From: Escherichia phage vB_EcoM-S1P5QW
Sequence record: OL956808.1
Direction: 5' to 3' (one strand)
DNA: 64,000 nt
A program made the position numbers and the translations under genes. The stretch's first letter is position 1; every line of letters starts with the position of its first letter. Shown piece by piece: positions 40,599 to 47,848 of the stretch. The notes beneath the pieces are model-generated. The model worked only from the letters and a program-made list of their open reading frames with translations. It was not told where the DNA came from and searched no databases.

Positions 40599-40629
40599 GT
40601 TTACACAGGGTTTTAGTAGTGATACTATT
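40599..40629 (+). promoter_or_regulatory. early promoter upstream of ipI
   Basis: -35 GTTTAC, about 17-nt spacer, -10 tgaTACTAT; short inverted repeat agggt/accct around -10. Confidence 0.55.
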
Positions 40630-40662
40630 ACCCTATCAAAACAAAACCAAATGGAAATCAAA

Positions 40663-40896
40663 ATGAAAACTTTCAAAGAGTTTATCGCTGAATCTTCTGA
40701 TGTAAAAGTTGAGTTTATTTACACCGGCAAGAAAGATAAAATGGGTGAAATGCCTCATGGAGTTCTTCGTGATGCATTAGATAATTTCGGTCAACTCGCC
40801 GCAGAAGATTACGGTGATAAAATTGTTGTTACTGGTCCTGCTGCAGTTATTGAAAAATGGGCAGCAGAAAATAAATCAATTTTTCGTAAAAAATAA
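40663..40896 (+). CDS. ipI: internal protein I-like, N-terminal capsid targeting sequence
   Basis: Track ORF starts at TTG inside the promoter; ATG at 40663 gives MKTFKEFIAE-SSDV..., matching the T4 IP capsid targeting sequence and gp21 cleavage context; adjacent to 57B as T4 ipI; start could be the ATG at 40651. Confidence 0.7.
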   Translation: MKTFKEFIAESSDVKVEFIYTGKKDKMGEMPHGVLRDALDNFGQLAAEDYGDKIVVTGPAAVIEKWAAENKSIFRKK

Positions 40897-40927
40897 GTTT
40901 ACTTTTAGATAGGGTAGTGATACTATT
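40897..40927 (+). promoter_or_regulatory. early promoter with stem-loop
   Basis: GTTTAC then inverted repeat atagggta/taccctat enclosing -10 gtgaTACTAT; near-duplicate of the element at 40611-40637. Confidence 0.55.
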
Positions 40928-40954
40928 ACCCTATCAACTACCGAGGAGAATAAA

Positions 40955-41140
40955 ATGAAACGTTGTGAATTAATTCGAAATGTTGCTATTGCAATTTCTG
41001 CTTCTGCTTTTAGTTTTTCAATGTTTGTTGGATTTATATGCGGATTATTGACTACAGCAGAAAATGTTTTTTCACTTGTAGCAGCATTTTTAATTGGTTT
41101 AATTGCTATCGTTATGGATAAAATTTCTAAAGGTGAATAG
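40955..41140 (+). CDS. small membrane protein (2 predicted TM helices)
   Basis: 61 aa hydrophobic ORF; gaggag RBS; downstream of early promoter 40897. Confidence 0.55.
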   Translation: MKRCELIRNVAIAISASAFSFSMFVGFICGLLTTAENVFSLVAAFLIGLIAIVMDKISKGE

Positions 41141-41141
41141 A

Positions 41142-41525
41142 ATGTATAAAGTGTACGCGGATTATCAGGCTAATCCATCTGAAAAGCCAGGTTGTCAAAT
41201 TGGATGGGCTCATGATACTTTGCTTGAAGCAGTAGATGCTGCTCAAAAATTAGGATATAAATATGTAGAGATTGTTCAACTACCATCAGGAAAAGTTATT
41301 ACTCTTGAAGAGTTCAATAATATTAAACCAAACTTTTTACTTTTTGCAGGTGATAATTATTATCCTCGTGGTGGATATGCTGATTTAATCGCGAAAGCCG
41401 CTACCGAAGATGAACTTCGTGATATTATTAAAGAAAATGAAAATAAACCGATGTATGGTTCTAATCGTTTTGACTGGTGGCAAATTGTAAATGCCCATAC
41501 TCATACTATTGTTGATGAAGGCTGA
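41142..41525 (+). CDS. hypothetical protein
   Basis: Track ORF starts at non-ATG 41103; ATG at 41142 with aggtg RBS gives 127 aa. Confidence 0.55.
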   Translation: MYKVYADYQANPSEKPGCQIGWAHDTLLEAVDAAQKLGYKYVEIVQLPSGKVITLEEFNNIKPNFLLFAGDNYYPRGGYADLIAKAATEDELRDIIKENENKPMYGSNRFDWWQIVNAHTHTIVDEG

Positions 41526-41527
41526 TA

Positions 41528-41815
41528 ATGATTCTTTATGCGAAAGTATCATCCATTGAAAATGGATATAAATATGATCAAGACGCGACTAAAGCCTTGA
41601 TTGATGATTATGGCATTTTAACATGTTTTGAAGTTGAAAAGGTTTACATTGACCGTTCATCTTCTCAGGTTAAATTAGTGAAGGAAGACCGTAAATTTAA
41701 TACAGTAAATTTTGATTTCTTTATTGAAACAGAAAAAGGTCCTCTTGAATATGATATTTTCAAGAATCCTTTGGGTCTTGAATGCATCGTAAATATGTAT
41801 TATCATAAATGGTAA
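41528..41815 (+). CDS. hypothetical protein
   Basis: 95 aa; start overlaps upstream stop (coupled). Confidence 0.5.
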   Translation: MILYAKVSSIENGYKYDQDATKALIDDYGILTCFEVEKVYIDRSSSQVKLVKEDRKFNTVNFDFFIETEKGPLEYDIFKNPLGLECIVNMYYHKW

Positions 41816-41887
41816 ATATGCTTTAAGAATTATTTGTTATTATTAACTCATACCGCACTGATTAATACCCTCTATCATCAAGGGTTC

Positions 41888-41911
41888 TTGCTTAAGAGCC
41901 TTTGTTAATAA
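41888..41911 (+). promoter_or_regulatory. candidate middle promoter for the tRNA cluster
   Basis: MotA-box-like tTGCTTaa followed by AT-rich -10-like taataat just upstream of tRNA-Gln. Confidence 0.35.
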
Positions 41912-41912
41912 T

Positions 41913-41985
41913 TGGGAATTAGCCAAGTTGGTAAGGCACTGGATTTTGATTCCAGGATGCAAAGGTTCGAGTCCTTTATTCCCAG
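41913..41985 (+). tRNA. tRNA-Gln (anticodon UUG); CCA not encoded
   Basis: Cloverleaf folded by hand: acceptor tgggaat/attccca, anticodon loop ttTTGat, T-loop ggttcgagtcc. Confidence 0.85.
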
Positions 41986-41986
41986 C

Positions 41987-42073
41987 GCGAGAATGGTCAA
42001 ATTGGTAAAGGCACAGCACTTAAAATGCTGCGGAATGATTTCCTTGTGGGTTCGAGTCCCACTTCTCGCACCA
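41987..42073 (+). tRNA. tRNA-Leu (anticodon UAA), type II
   Basis: Acceptor gcgagaa/ttctcgc, anticodon loop ctTAAaa, long variable arm, encoded CCA; abuts tRNA-Gln (dimeric precursor as in T4). Confidence 0.85.
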
Positions 42074-42078
42074 AATTT

Positions 42079-42152
<74 letters not shown>

Positions 42153-42198
42153 ATTTATGTCTCGTCGTGAGACGCTCAGTTCTTTATTAGGGACTGAT

Positions 42199-42807
42199 AT
42201 GCATTTTTATCTTTATAAAATAACAAATAAAATTAATAATAAAATTTATATTGGTGTGCATTCTACCGAAAATTTAGATGATGGATATATGGGTTCTGGT
42301 AAATTATTAAAAAGAGCCCAAGATAAATATGGTATAGAAAATTTTTCTAAAGAAATATTAGAGTATTTTGATGATAAAGAATCTATGCTTGAAGCCGAGA
42401 AAAATATTGTCACAGAAGAGTTTTTAAATAGACCAGATGTGTATAATTTAAAACTTGGAGGTGAAGGTGGATGGGATCATATAAATAATTATCCTATGAC
42501 AGATCAGCAACGCGAATTAATTTCATTGGGTGTTAAAAAGGCACATTCTAACGGAAAATTAAAAGGATGGTCTTCAAATGGATTAATGAAAAATGGCTTT
42601 GCTGGTAAAACTCATTCTCAAGAAGCTAAACGTAAAATAGCAAAAGCAAACGAAGCAAAAGTTTCTGCGAATGAAAGAAAAAGAAGAATAGAAATTTCTA
42701 AATTATATGATTTTTCTAAGCGGGGTGAATTATCTAAATATGCTAAGCATATTGGCGTAAGTCATACTCAAGCAAAAAGAATTCTAAATCAAATTAACAA
42801 TATATAA
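42199..42807 (+). CDS. segB: GIY-YIG homing endonuclease, SegB-like
   Basis: GIY-YIG signature FYLYKITNKINNKIYIGVH...YMGSG; track ORF (42157) begins just after tRNA-Gly, ATG at 42199 has an RBS; inside the tRNA cluster as T4 segB. Confidence 0.75.
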   Translation: MHFYLYKITNKINNKIYIGVHSTENLDDGYMGSGKLLKRAQDKYGIENFSKEILEYFDDKESMLEAEKNIVTEEFLNRPDVYNLKLGGEGGWDHINNYPMTDQQRELISLGVKKAHSNGKLKGWSSNGLMKNGFAGKTHSQEAKRKIAKANEAKVSANERKRRIEISKLYDFSKRGELSKYAKHIGVSHTQAKRILNQINNI

Positions 42808-42813
42808 ATATTT

Positions 42814-42903
42814 GGAGGCGTGGCAGAGTGGTTTAATGCACCGGTCTTGAAAACCGGCAGTCGCTCCGGCGACTCATAGGTTCAAATCCTATCGCCTCCG
42901 CCA
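42814..42903 (+). tRNA. tRNA-Ser (anticodon UGA), type II
   Basis: Acceptor ggaggcg/cgcctcc, anticodon loop ctTGAaa, long variable arm, encoded CCA. Confidence 0.85.
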
Positions 42904-42908
42904 GTTTT

Positions 42909-42984
42909 GCTGATTTAGCTCAGTAGGTAGAGCAACTCACTTGTAATGAGAAGGTCGGCGGTTCGATTCCGTCAATCAGCACCA
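42909..42984 (+). tRNA. tRNA-Thr (anticodon UGU)
   Basis: Acceptor gctgatt/aatcagc, anticodon loop ctTGTaa, T-loop ggttcgattcc, encoded CCA. Confidence 0.8.
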
Positions 42985-42985
42985 A

Positions 42986-43060
42986 GGCCCTGTAGCTGGA
43001 AGGTTCAAGCAAGCGACTCATAATCGCCAGATGGTGGTTCAATTCCACCCAGGGCCACCA
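42986..43060 (+). tRNA. tRNA with CAU anticodon (Ile2-type as in T4, or Met)
   Basis: Acceptor ggccctg/cagggcc, anticodon loop ctCATaa, encoded CCA. Confidence 0.75.
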
Positions 43061-43069
43061 AATTAATTT

Positions 43070-43156
43070 GGGGAGTTATCCCGTAGAGGTAGCGGTGTGG
43101 ACTGTAAATCCATTGTCATTGCGACTCGGGTGGTTCGACTCCATCACTCCCCACCA
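43070..43156 (+). tRNA. tRNA-Tyr (anticodon GUA), type II
   Basis: Acceptor ggggagt/actcccc, anticodon stem gtgga/tccat with loop ctGTAaa, long variable arm resembling E. coli tRNA-Tyr, encoded CCA. Confidence 0.7.
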
Positions 43157-43160
43157 ATTT

Positions 43161-43235
43161 GGATGTGTAGCTCAATGGCAGAGCGATCGCCTGTTAAGCG
43201 ATTGGTTATAGGTTCGAATCCTATCACTTCCGCCA
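43161..43235 (+). tRNA. tRNA-Asn (anticodon GUU)
   Basis: Anticodon stem atcgc/gcgat with loop ctGTTaa, T-loop ggttcgaatcc, encoded CCA; one U-U mismatch in acceptor stem. Confidence 0.7.
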
Positions 43236-43349
43236 AATTTGTGACAACTGTCACATTAATATCTACTTGACGCGATTATCGGGGTTGAACTGATCACTCT
43301 TCTCTTAATTTCGTGTGAAGACATCTTGATTGTTGGAGTAGGTATTAAT

Positions 43350-43425
43350 GTGGCCGTAGTTCAGTTGGTAGAACTCGAGATTGTGATTCTCGTAGTCATG
43401 GGTTCGACTCCCATCGGTCACCCCA
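43350..43425 (+). tRNA. tRNA-His (anticodon GUG)
   Basis: D-stem gttc/gaac, anticodon stem cgaga/tctcg with loop ttGTGat, T-loop ggttcgactcc, discriminator C and CCA; no encoded G-1. Confidence 0.7.
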
Positions 43426-43429
43426 ATTA

Positions 43430-43505
43430 CGGGGCATAGCTCAGAAGGAAGAGCAAGGACCTTCTAAGTCCTGGGTCGTAGGTTCGATCCCTACTGCCTC
43501 GACCA
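43430..43505 (+). tRNA. tRNA-Arg (anticodon UCU)
   Basis: Acceptor cggggca/tgcctcg, anticodon stem aggac/gtcct with loop ctTCTaa, encoded CCA. Confidence 0.8.
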
Positions 43506-43850
43506 AACAAGAAGCCGGGTCGCTACCGGTAAGTCGTCGGACTGATGTTCCCTGGGTAAGGACTGGCATTAACAAATCTTTACGATCGGTTAATGCCCCC
43601 TTACATCACAGCAGAAACGGCGCACCGAATTATCGATTCGAGGAAATATCTTTGCCGTAAGCCGAGTAGCGTTTTTGACGGAACGTTCGGATATGGTCGA
43701 GATATGGCCTTTTAAAATATTAAGTAGCGTCAACTGCTTAATAACCGGGTTCGAATCCCGGCGTTTCGTACAAACACTTGCCTTAGCAGGTGGAACCCCG
43801 ACAAGGTTGCCGCAAGGCTTAGCCCCGACCGAAAGGTTGGGGCTTTTTAG
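43506..43850 (+). ncRNA. stable small RNA region (T4 RNA C/D-like) ending at an intrinsic terminator
   Basis: 345 nt without a credible ORF right after tRNA-Arg; tRNA-like T-arm ccgggttcgaatcccgg at 43745-43763; ends with hairpin plus T-run 43822-43850; T4 has two stable RNAs here (recalled). Confidence 0.4.
43822..43850 (+). terminator. intrinsic terminator (copy 1)
   Basis: agccccgaccgaaaggttggggc + TTTTT; near-identical copy at 44377. Confidence 0.7.
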
Positions 43851-43894
43851 TATAAATAAGTATATTAAAACCACGAATTAAAACAGGAAATAAG

Positions 43895-44368
43895 ATGAAA
43901 TCATATGCTCAATTTTTAAATGAAGCGGTGTTAAATGAAGCATCTAGCACCGAAATTCAAGCCGTTGCAAAAGCTGCCATTGCCGCGGGTAAATATTCCT
44001 ATAAAGATGCTTCTGATGAGTCACGATTCCAATTTGCTCGCGATATGAAAGCGGAAGGATTTACAGGGAATGCAGTTAGTATGGCCTGGAAAAGTCTAGT
44101 TGCTACTGGAGCTGCTTTTGCAAAGGCTTCGGGTAAACCTGCTCCTAAAGCAGATCCTAAAGTCACACAAGAGAAAAATATTGTTAAAGGAATTATCTCC
44201 AAATATGAAGCTATCCTTAAAGAGCTTTTAGTAATCAAAACTGAAGGCCAAAAACTGGCTCGTGCTTATAGTTTCAAAGATAACCCACATGCTCACTCTC
44301 TTGAGTATGTTGAAGACATCCAAAAAATTATTAAAGACCGCATTTGGTCTGCTAAACAAATCAAATAA
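43895..44368 (+). CDS. candidate packaged internal protein with CTS-like N-terminus
   Basis: 157 aa; N-terminus MKSYAQFLNE-A resembles T4 CTS MKTYQEFIAE; Ala/Lys-rich; flanked by near-identical terminators. Confidence 0.55.
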   Translation: MKSYAQFLNEAVLNEASSTEIQAVAKAAIAAGKYSYKDASDESRFQFARDMKAEGFTGNAVSMAWKSLVATGAAFAKASGKPAPKADPKVTQEKNIVKGIISKYEAILKELLVIKTEGQKLARAYSFKDNPHAHSLEYVEDIQKIIKDRIWSAKQIK

Positions 44369-44376
44369 CATTCTTA

Positions 44377-44403
44377 GCCCCGACAGAAAGGTTGGGGCTT
44401 TTT
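44377..44403 (+). terminator. intrinsic terminator (copy 2)
   Basis: agccccgacagaaaggttggggc + TTTTT after the CTS-like gene. Confidence 0.7.
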
Positions 44404-44536
44404 GGCATCTAGGCTTTTCCGGGCCTCTCTAGGCATCATTTAGTTTATATCCTTTATAATATATTATCCTATCCTTTGATTTCCCCTCCCTGCCCTAGAA
44501 TTCCCTAAAACTTTTTAAAAATTTTTTCACAAAACT

Positions 44537-44568
44537 GTTTACATCCCTGTTCTTCCATGGTACTATAT
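44537..44568 (+). promoter_or_regulatory. early promoter
   Basis: GTTTAC, -10 tggTACTATat; shares tggtactata(c/t)aactatcaact with promoters at 59485 and 60924. Confidence 0.55.
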
Positions 44569-44609
44569 AACTATCAACTACTGATACAGAAAACAACTTG
44601 GAGAACGAA

Positions 44610-44873
44610 ATGGATAATTACGGCGAACTGTTCAACTTCTTTATGAAATGTGTTTCAGAAGATTTCGGTCGTACAGTGAATGATATTAAAGTTATCGGTC
44701 CTGATCATCCGATGTTTGAAACTTATGCGGTAATGGGCAATGAAGACGGTCAGTGGTATACTGTAAAGGTTGTGATTAACATGTTCACTGCTGAAAGTTA
44801 TGTTAAACTGTCTTCTAAAGTTTACCATGATAACGACGAAATCGCAGAAGAATATTTCAATAATATGAAATAA
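44610..44873 (+). CDS. hypothetical protein (e.8-like position)
   Basis: Track ORF starts at TTG 44598; ATG at 44610 with ggag RBS gives 87 aa; downstream of early promoter. Confidence 0.5.
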   Translation: MDNYGELFNFFMKCVSEDFGRTVNDIKVIGPDHPMFETYAVMGNEDGQWYTVKVVINMFTAESYVKLSSKVYHDNDEIAEEYFNNMK

Positions 44874-44883
44874 GTTTACATAG

Positions 44884-44913
44884 GCTCATGATTGAGATAT
44901 TATGAGCCTATAA
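44884..44913 (+). promoter_or_regulatory. early promoter with stem-loop
   Basis: GTTTAC; 10-bp inverted repeat ataggctcat/atgagcctat brackets the -10 gaTATTAT. Confidence 0.55.
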
Positions 44914-44929
44914 CTTTGAGGAGAACATA

Positions 44930-45328
44930 ATGAATATTAAAGATAAAGAAATGCGAGAGTTATATAATTCATTAACACCCGAACAACAAAAATCTGTTAA
45001 AGAATTAGAGAAAGCTCTTAGTTTAAGCTTGACAAAAACTGATTGGGTCGCCGTGTATGAAGAAAAAATGAGATCGGAAAATGAAGCTGTCGAGAGAAAT
45101 GAATGGATTGTAGACACCAAGATTGGTGATGATGGATGTTCTGTTGAGGTGTCAGCTGTAGTTAAAGGTACTCATGGCGAAGAATCATGGGGTTGGCATA
45201 ATGAGGCAAACAAATATATTGTTCTCTCAACGTCAAAAACTTATGGTCAAAAGGTTCCTGTATCCAAAGCTATTATTAAGCAAGCTCAATGGGAAGCCAA
45301 TGAAATCTGCCTCGCAAAAATGAAATAA
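44930..45328 (+). CDS. hypothetical protein
   Basis: 132 aa; gaggag RBS; own early promoter. Confidence 0.55.
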   Translation: MNIKDKEMRELYNSLTPEQQKSVKELEKALSLSLTKTDWVAVYEEKMRSENEAVERNEWIVDTKIGDDGCSVEVSAVVKGTHGEESWGWHNEANKYIVLSTSKTYGQKVPVSKAIIKQAQWEANEICLAKMK

Positions 45329-45331
45329 CAT

Positions 45332-45361
45332 GTTTACAAACTCTCGGGAGTAGAGTATAAT
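45332..45361 (+). promoter_or_regulatory. early promoter with stem-loop
   Basis: GTTTAC, -10 gagTATAAT; inverted repeat gggagta/tactccc around -10. Confidence 0.6.
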
Positions 45362-45405
45362 ACTCCCACGGATTATAAAACCCTTAATTAACTAAAGGAA
45401 ATGCT

Positions 45406-45999
45406 ATGAACATGCTGAAGAAAATTGTTGAGTTTATTCGCACTAAACTTGGTTCTGCTATGGCTAAAAATCTATCTGTTGAAGAGCAGTATACTGCCGC
45501 AGCAGCAAAACTACTTGATAAAATTAAAGATCTAAAAACTGCTTCTGTTAAATCTATTAATGAAGAAAAGCGTATTCGTGAACTTATTGTCGAAAAGAAT
45601 CGACAGGCCGAATCAAAAGAGCGTGAAATTCGCAAGCTTCTTTCGGAAGGTCAAGATGTAACAATGCATGCTAAACTTGGTTTACTATATCGTCGAACAG
45701 CTGAGCAGTTGACTACTAAAGCTGATGGTTATGCTGAAATGCGAATTGAAATCGCCAAGAAAGTAGTTGAGTTAGATGATGCTCGCCAAGAACTTGCAGT
45801 TAAATTGGAATATATCCGTGAAACTCGCGCCGCGAATGCCCTCGGAATTAGTACTGCTGATGATGTAGTTGAAATTGCAGCACTGACTAAGGTTGATATT
45901 GAAGATACTCTTGCTCGAGTTGAAACCTTTAATGGCAATATTTCTGGGGTTGAAACTACCTCTGCCGATGTTCAGGAATACATTAATTCTCTGAAATAA
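45406..45999 (+). CDS. hypothetical helical/coiled-coil protein
   Basis: 197 aa; aaggaa RBS; own early promoter; terminator after stop. Confidence 0.55.
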   Translation: MNMLKKIVEFIRTKLGSAMAKNLSVEEQYTAAAAKLLDKIKDLKTASVKSINEEKRIRELIVEKNRQAESKEREIRKLLSEGQDVTMHAKLGLLYRRTAEQLTTKADGYAEMRIEIAKKVVELDDARQELAVKLEYIRETRAANALGISTADDVVEIAALTKVDIEDTLARVETFNGNISGVETTSADVQEYINSLK

Positions 46000-46022
46000 T
46001 GATAAGGGGCTTCGGCCCCTAT
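45998..46022 (+). terminator. hairpin after ORF 45406-45999
   Basis: Hairpin aggggc-ttcg-gcccct; weak T-run. Confidence 0.45.
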
Positions 46023-46040
46023 TACTTGGAGTAAGTAGGA

Positions 46041-46646
46041 ATGAAAATGCAAAGTGATTTCAATTCAATGTTTGAAGAGTTCCAAAGACAGGTTGATGTT
46101 CCAGACCAATTATTAAATGCTCTTAAACGTATGGCAGAAGGACGTAATTATTATTGGGGTTCTTCATATGAAACTGATGAAAGTCTTTCTGGATTTTATA
46201 AAGGTAAAAAGTCTTTAATACGTCCTGGAATACTTATTAACAGTATTGAATCAATTCATTCATTAACATGTGATTTTGATGTTGAATTTACTGATTTCAT
46301 TTCTCCTGAATGGACAGTATGTTATTTAAACGACGATTATGATTATCTTGGCGTTTACAGTTTAAGTGACGCATGGTTTAAACGTAATTTACAAAAGTCA
46401 AATTTGTTCTATATTGATACTACGGTAAAATTTCAGGGAAAGAAATATTTCTTTACTCTTATAGTTGACTCTGAAACAAAATATGAAAATAAGCGTATTC
46501 TTAATAAAAAGAATATCTTAACTATCGTTGATGATCTTTTTGATAAATTCGTGGAAAATCCTAATTTTGAAAGCGATTTATTATTAGAAAAATTTGTTAA
46601 GGAATGTAGAGAATATGTCAAAGCCATCACTATACCTTCCAAGTAA
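46041..46646 (+). CDS. hypothetical protein, first member of C-terminal FVKECR paralog array
   Basis: 201 aa; aggaa RBS; C-terminus LLEKFVKECREYVK. Confidence 0.55.
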   Translation: MKMQSDFNSMFEEFQRQVDVPDQLLNALKRMAEGRNYYWGSSYETDESLSGFYKGKKSLIRPGILINSIESIHSLTCDFDVEFTDFISPEWTVCYLNDDYDYLGVYSLSDAWFKRNLQKSNLFYIDTTVKFQGKKYFFTLIVDSETKYENKRILNKKNILTIVDDLFDKFVENPNFESDLLLEKFVKECREYVKAITIPSK

Positions 46647-47007
46647 ACCCTTAAAGTATGAACTAAAGCGTCAGCTAATTCCTACTGATGTATTAATAGG
46701 TCCTGTGACAGCTATATCATTTGTAATTCTATTGGTTGTTGGAATGGTTATAGACTTTATGACTGATATTGAATCTGGCGTAATATTTTTGTTAGTATTA
46801 ATTCTTCCATTAGTAGTTCCATTTTTATTGGTACCTGTAAATTGGGTAGGATATTGGTATCAAGGAAGACATTATCGTAAACGTGTACGTGAATGGAAAG
46901 CTCAGTGTAAAAAGATTAAAAAGGAACACCAGCTTAAATTAGATATGCATGAATTTAACGAAATTATGAAATTTGTTAAGGAATCACGATGCAAAAGCCA
47001 AAACTAA
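46615..47007 (+). CDS. membrane protein, FVxECRK-motif paralog
   Basis: Track ORF starts at TTG 46594; ATG at 46615 gives 130 aa; 2 predicted TM helices; C-terminus MKFVKESRCK. Confidence 0.5.
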   Translation: MSKPSLYLPSKPLKYELKRQLIPTDVLIGPVTAISFVILLVVGMVIDFMTDIESGVIFLLVLILPLVVPFLLVPVNWVGYWYQGRHYRKRVREWKAQCKKIKKEHQLKLDMHEFNEIMKFVKESRCKSQN

Positions 47008-47363
47008 ATAAAGTCAAATATTCTTTTTCTGAGTCATTTTTAATTTTTGCTGTGGCGTTGGCTGCAGCTCTTGCTGGTAGTCTTATTGGATTAATGATTG
47101 ACTGTATTATTTTAAACATCCGCAGTAATGTCAGCGGTATAGTAGATATAATAGAAGTTTGGAGTGAACTTCATTATACTATAGCGATTTCATTATTTTC
47201 ATTCTTTGGTATTATTTTATATTTTCATTATGATAATTTTAAAATAAATTGGCAAAGAAAAAAGGATTACAAAATACAATTAAAAGAATATAATAACTAC
47301 ATGTCTTATATTGAAAATGAATCAATGAAAGAATTCGTGAATGATTGTAGGAAAATCAAATGA
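46989..47363 (+). CDS. membrane protein, FVxECRK-motif paralog
   Basis: 124 aa; 2 predicted TM helices; C-terminus KEFVNDCRKIK; overlaps neighbours. Confidence 0.5.
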   Translation: MQKPKLNKVKYSFSESFLIFAVALAAALAGSLIGLMIDCIILNIRSNVSGIVDIIEVWSELHYTIAISLFSFFGIILYFHYDNFKINWQRKKDYKIQLKEYNNYMSYIENESMKEFVNDCRKIK

Positions 47364-47848
47364 TTTTAAAAACTCGCTGGTATGATTTAGATGATGGGGA
47401 TGATGGCATTTCAGTTGATAGAGTTGACTGGAATGGCTGTTCCGAAGATATGAAAAATTTGCTGATTAGGGAGTTTAGAATGGGATATCAACCAGTTAAG
47501 CCATCTACTGCAACAGATGATAAATTCGTGTGTATTCATAATGGTCGCGCTAAATTAACGAACACTGATTGGTTCACAGATAAGATTATGATTCTGTGGT
47601 ATATTATTAGTTTTCCTGTGACATCATTTGTATTTTGCTTCTTTGGAGAAAGTCCAGTAGACAGAACGGGAGATTGGATTATTTTAACCATACTTGTTAA
47701 TATTTTTACAGCAGCAATATTATCTGGGATATGGTACACGTTCATTGAAATGCCATGGCGTTTACGTAGGCAGCAAAAGATTTTTGATGAAAAGAAATAT
47801 ACTCAAAATTTAAATAATTTTATCACCGAATGCAGGAAATTAAAATGA
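47360..47848 (+). CDS. membrane protein, FVxECRK-motif paralog
   Basis: 162 aa; hydrophobic segments; C-terminus NNFITECRKLK; ATGA overlap. Confidence 0.5.
   Translation: MILKTRWYDLDDGDDGISVDRVDWNGCSEDMKNLLIREFRMGYQPVKPSTATDDKFVCIHNGRAKLTNTDWFTDKIMILWYIISFPVTSFVFCFFGESPVDRTGDWIILTILVNIFTAAILSGIWYTFIEMPWRLRRQQKIFDEKKYTQNLNNFITECRKLK

Noticed and set aside
40597-40662. 5' extensions of track ORFs at 40597, 55742, 59483 and 60922
   Set aside because: These start at TTG codons inside promoter elements; the downstream ATG with an RBS is the more plausible start in each case.
43590-43881. ORFs 43590-43874 (-) and 43675-43881 (+)
   Set aside because: Mutually antisense, no RBS, inside the putative stable-RNA and terminator region.
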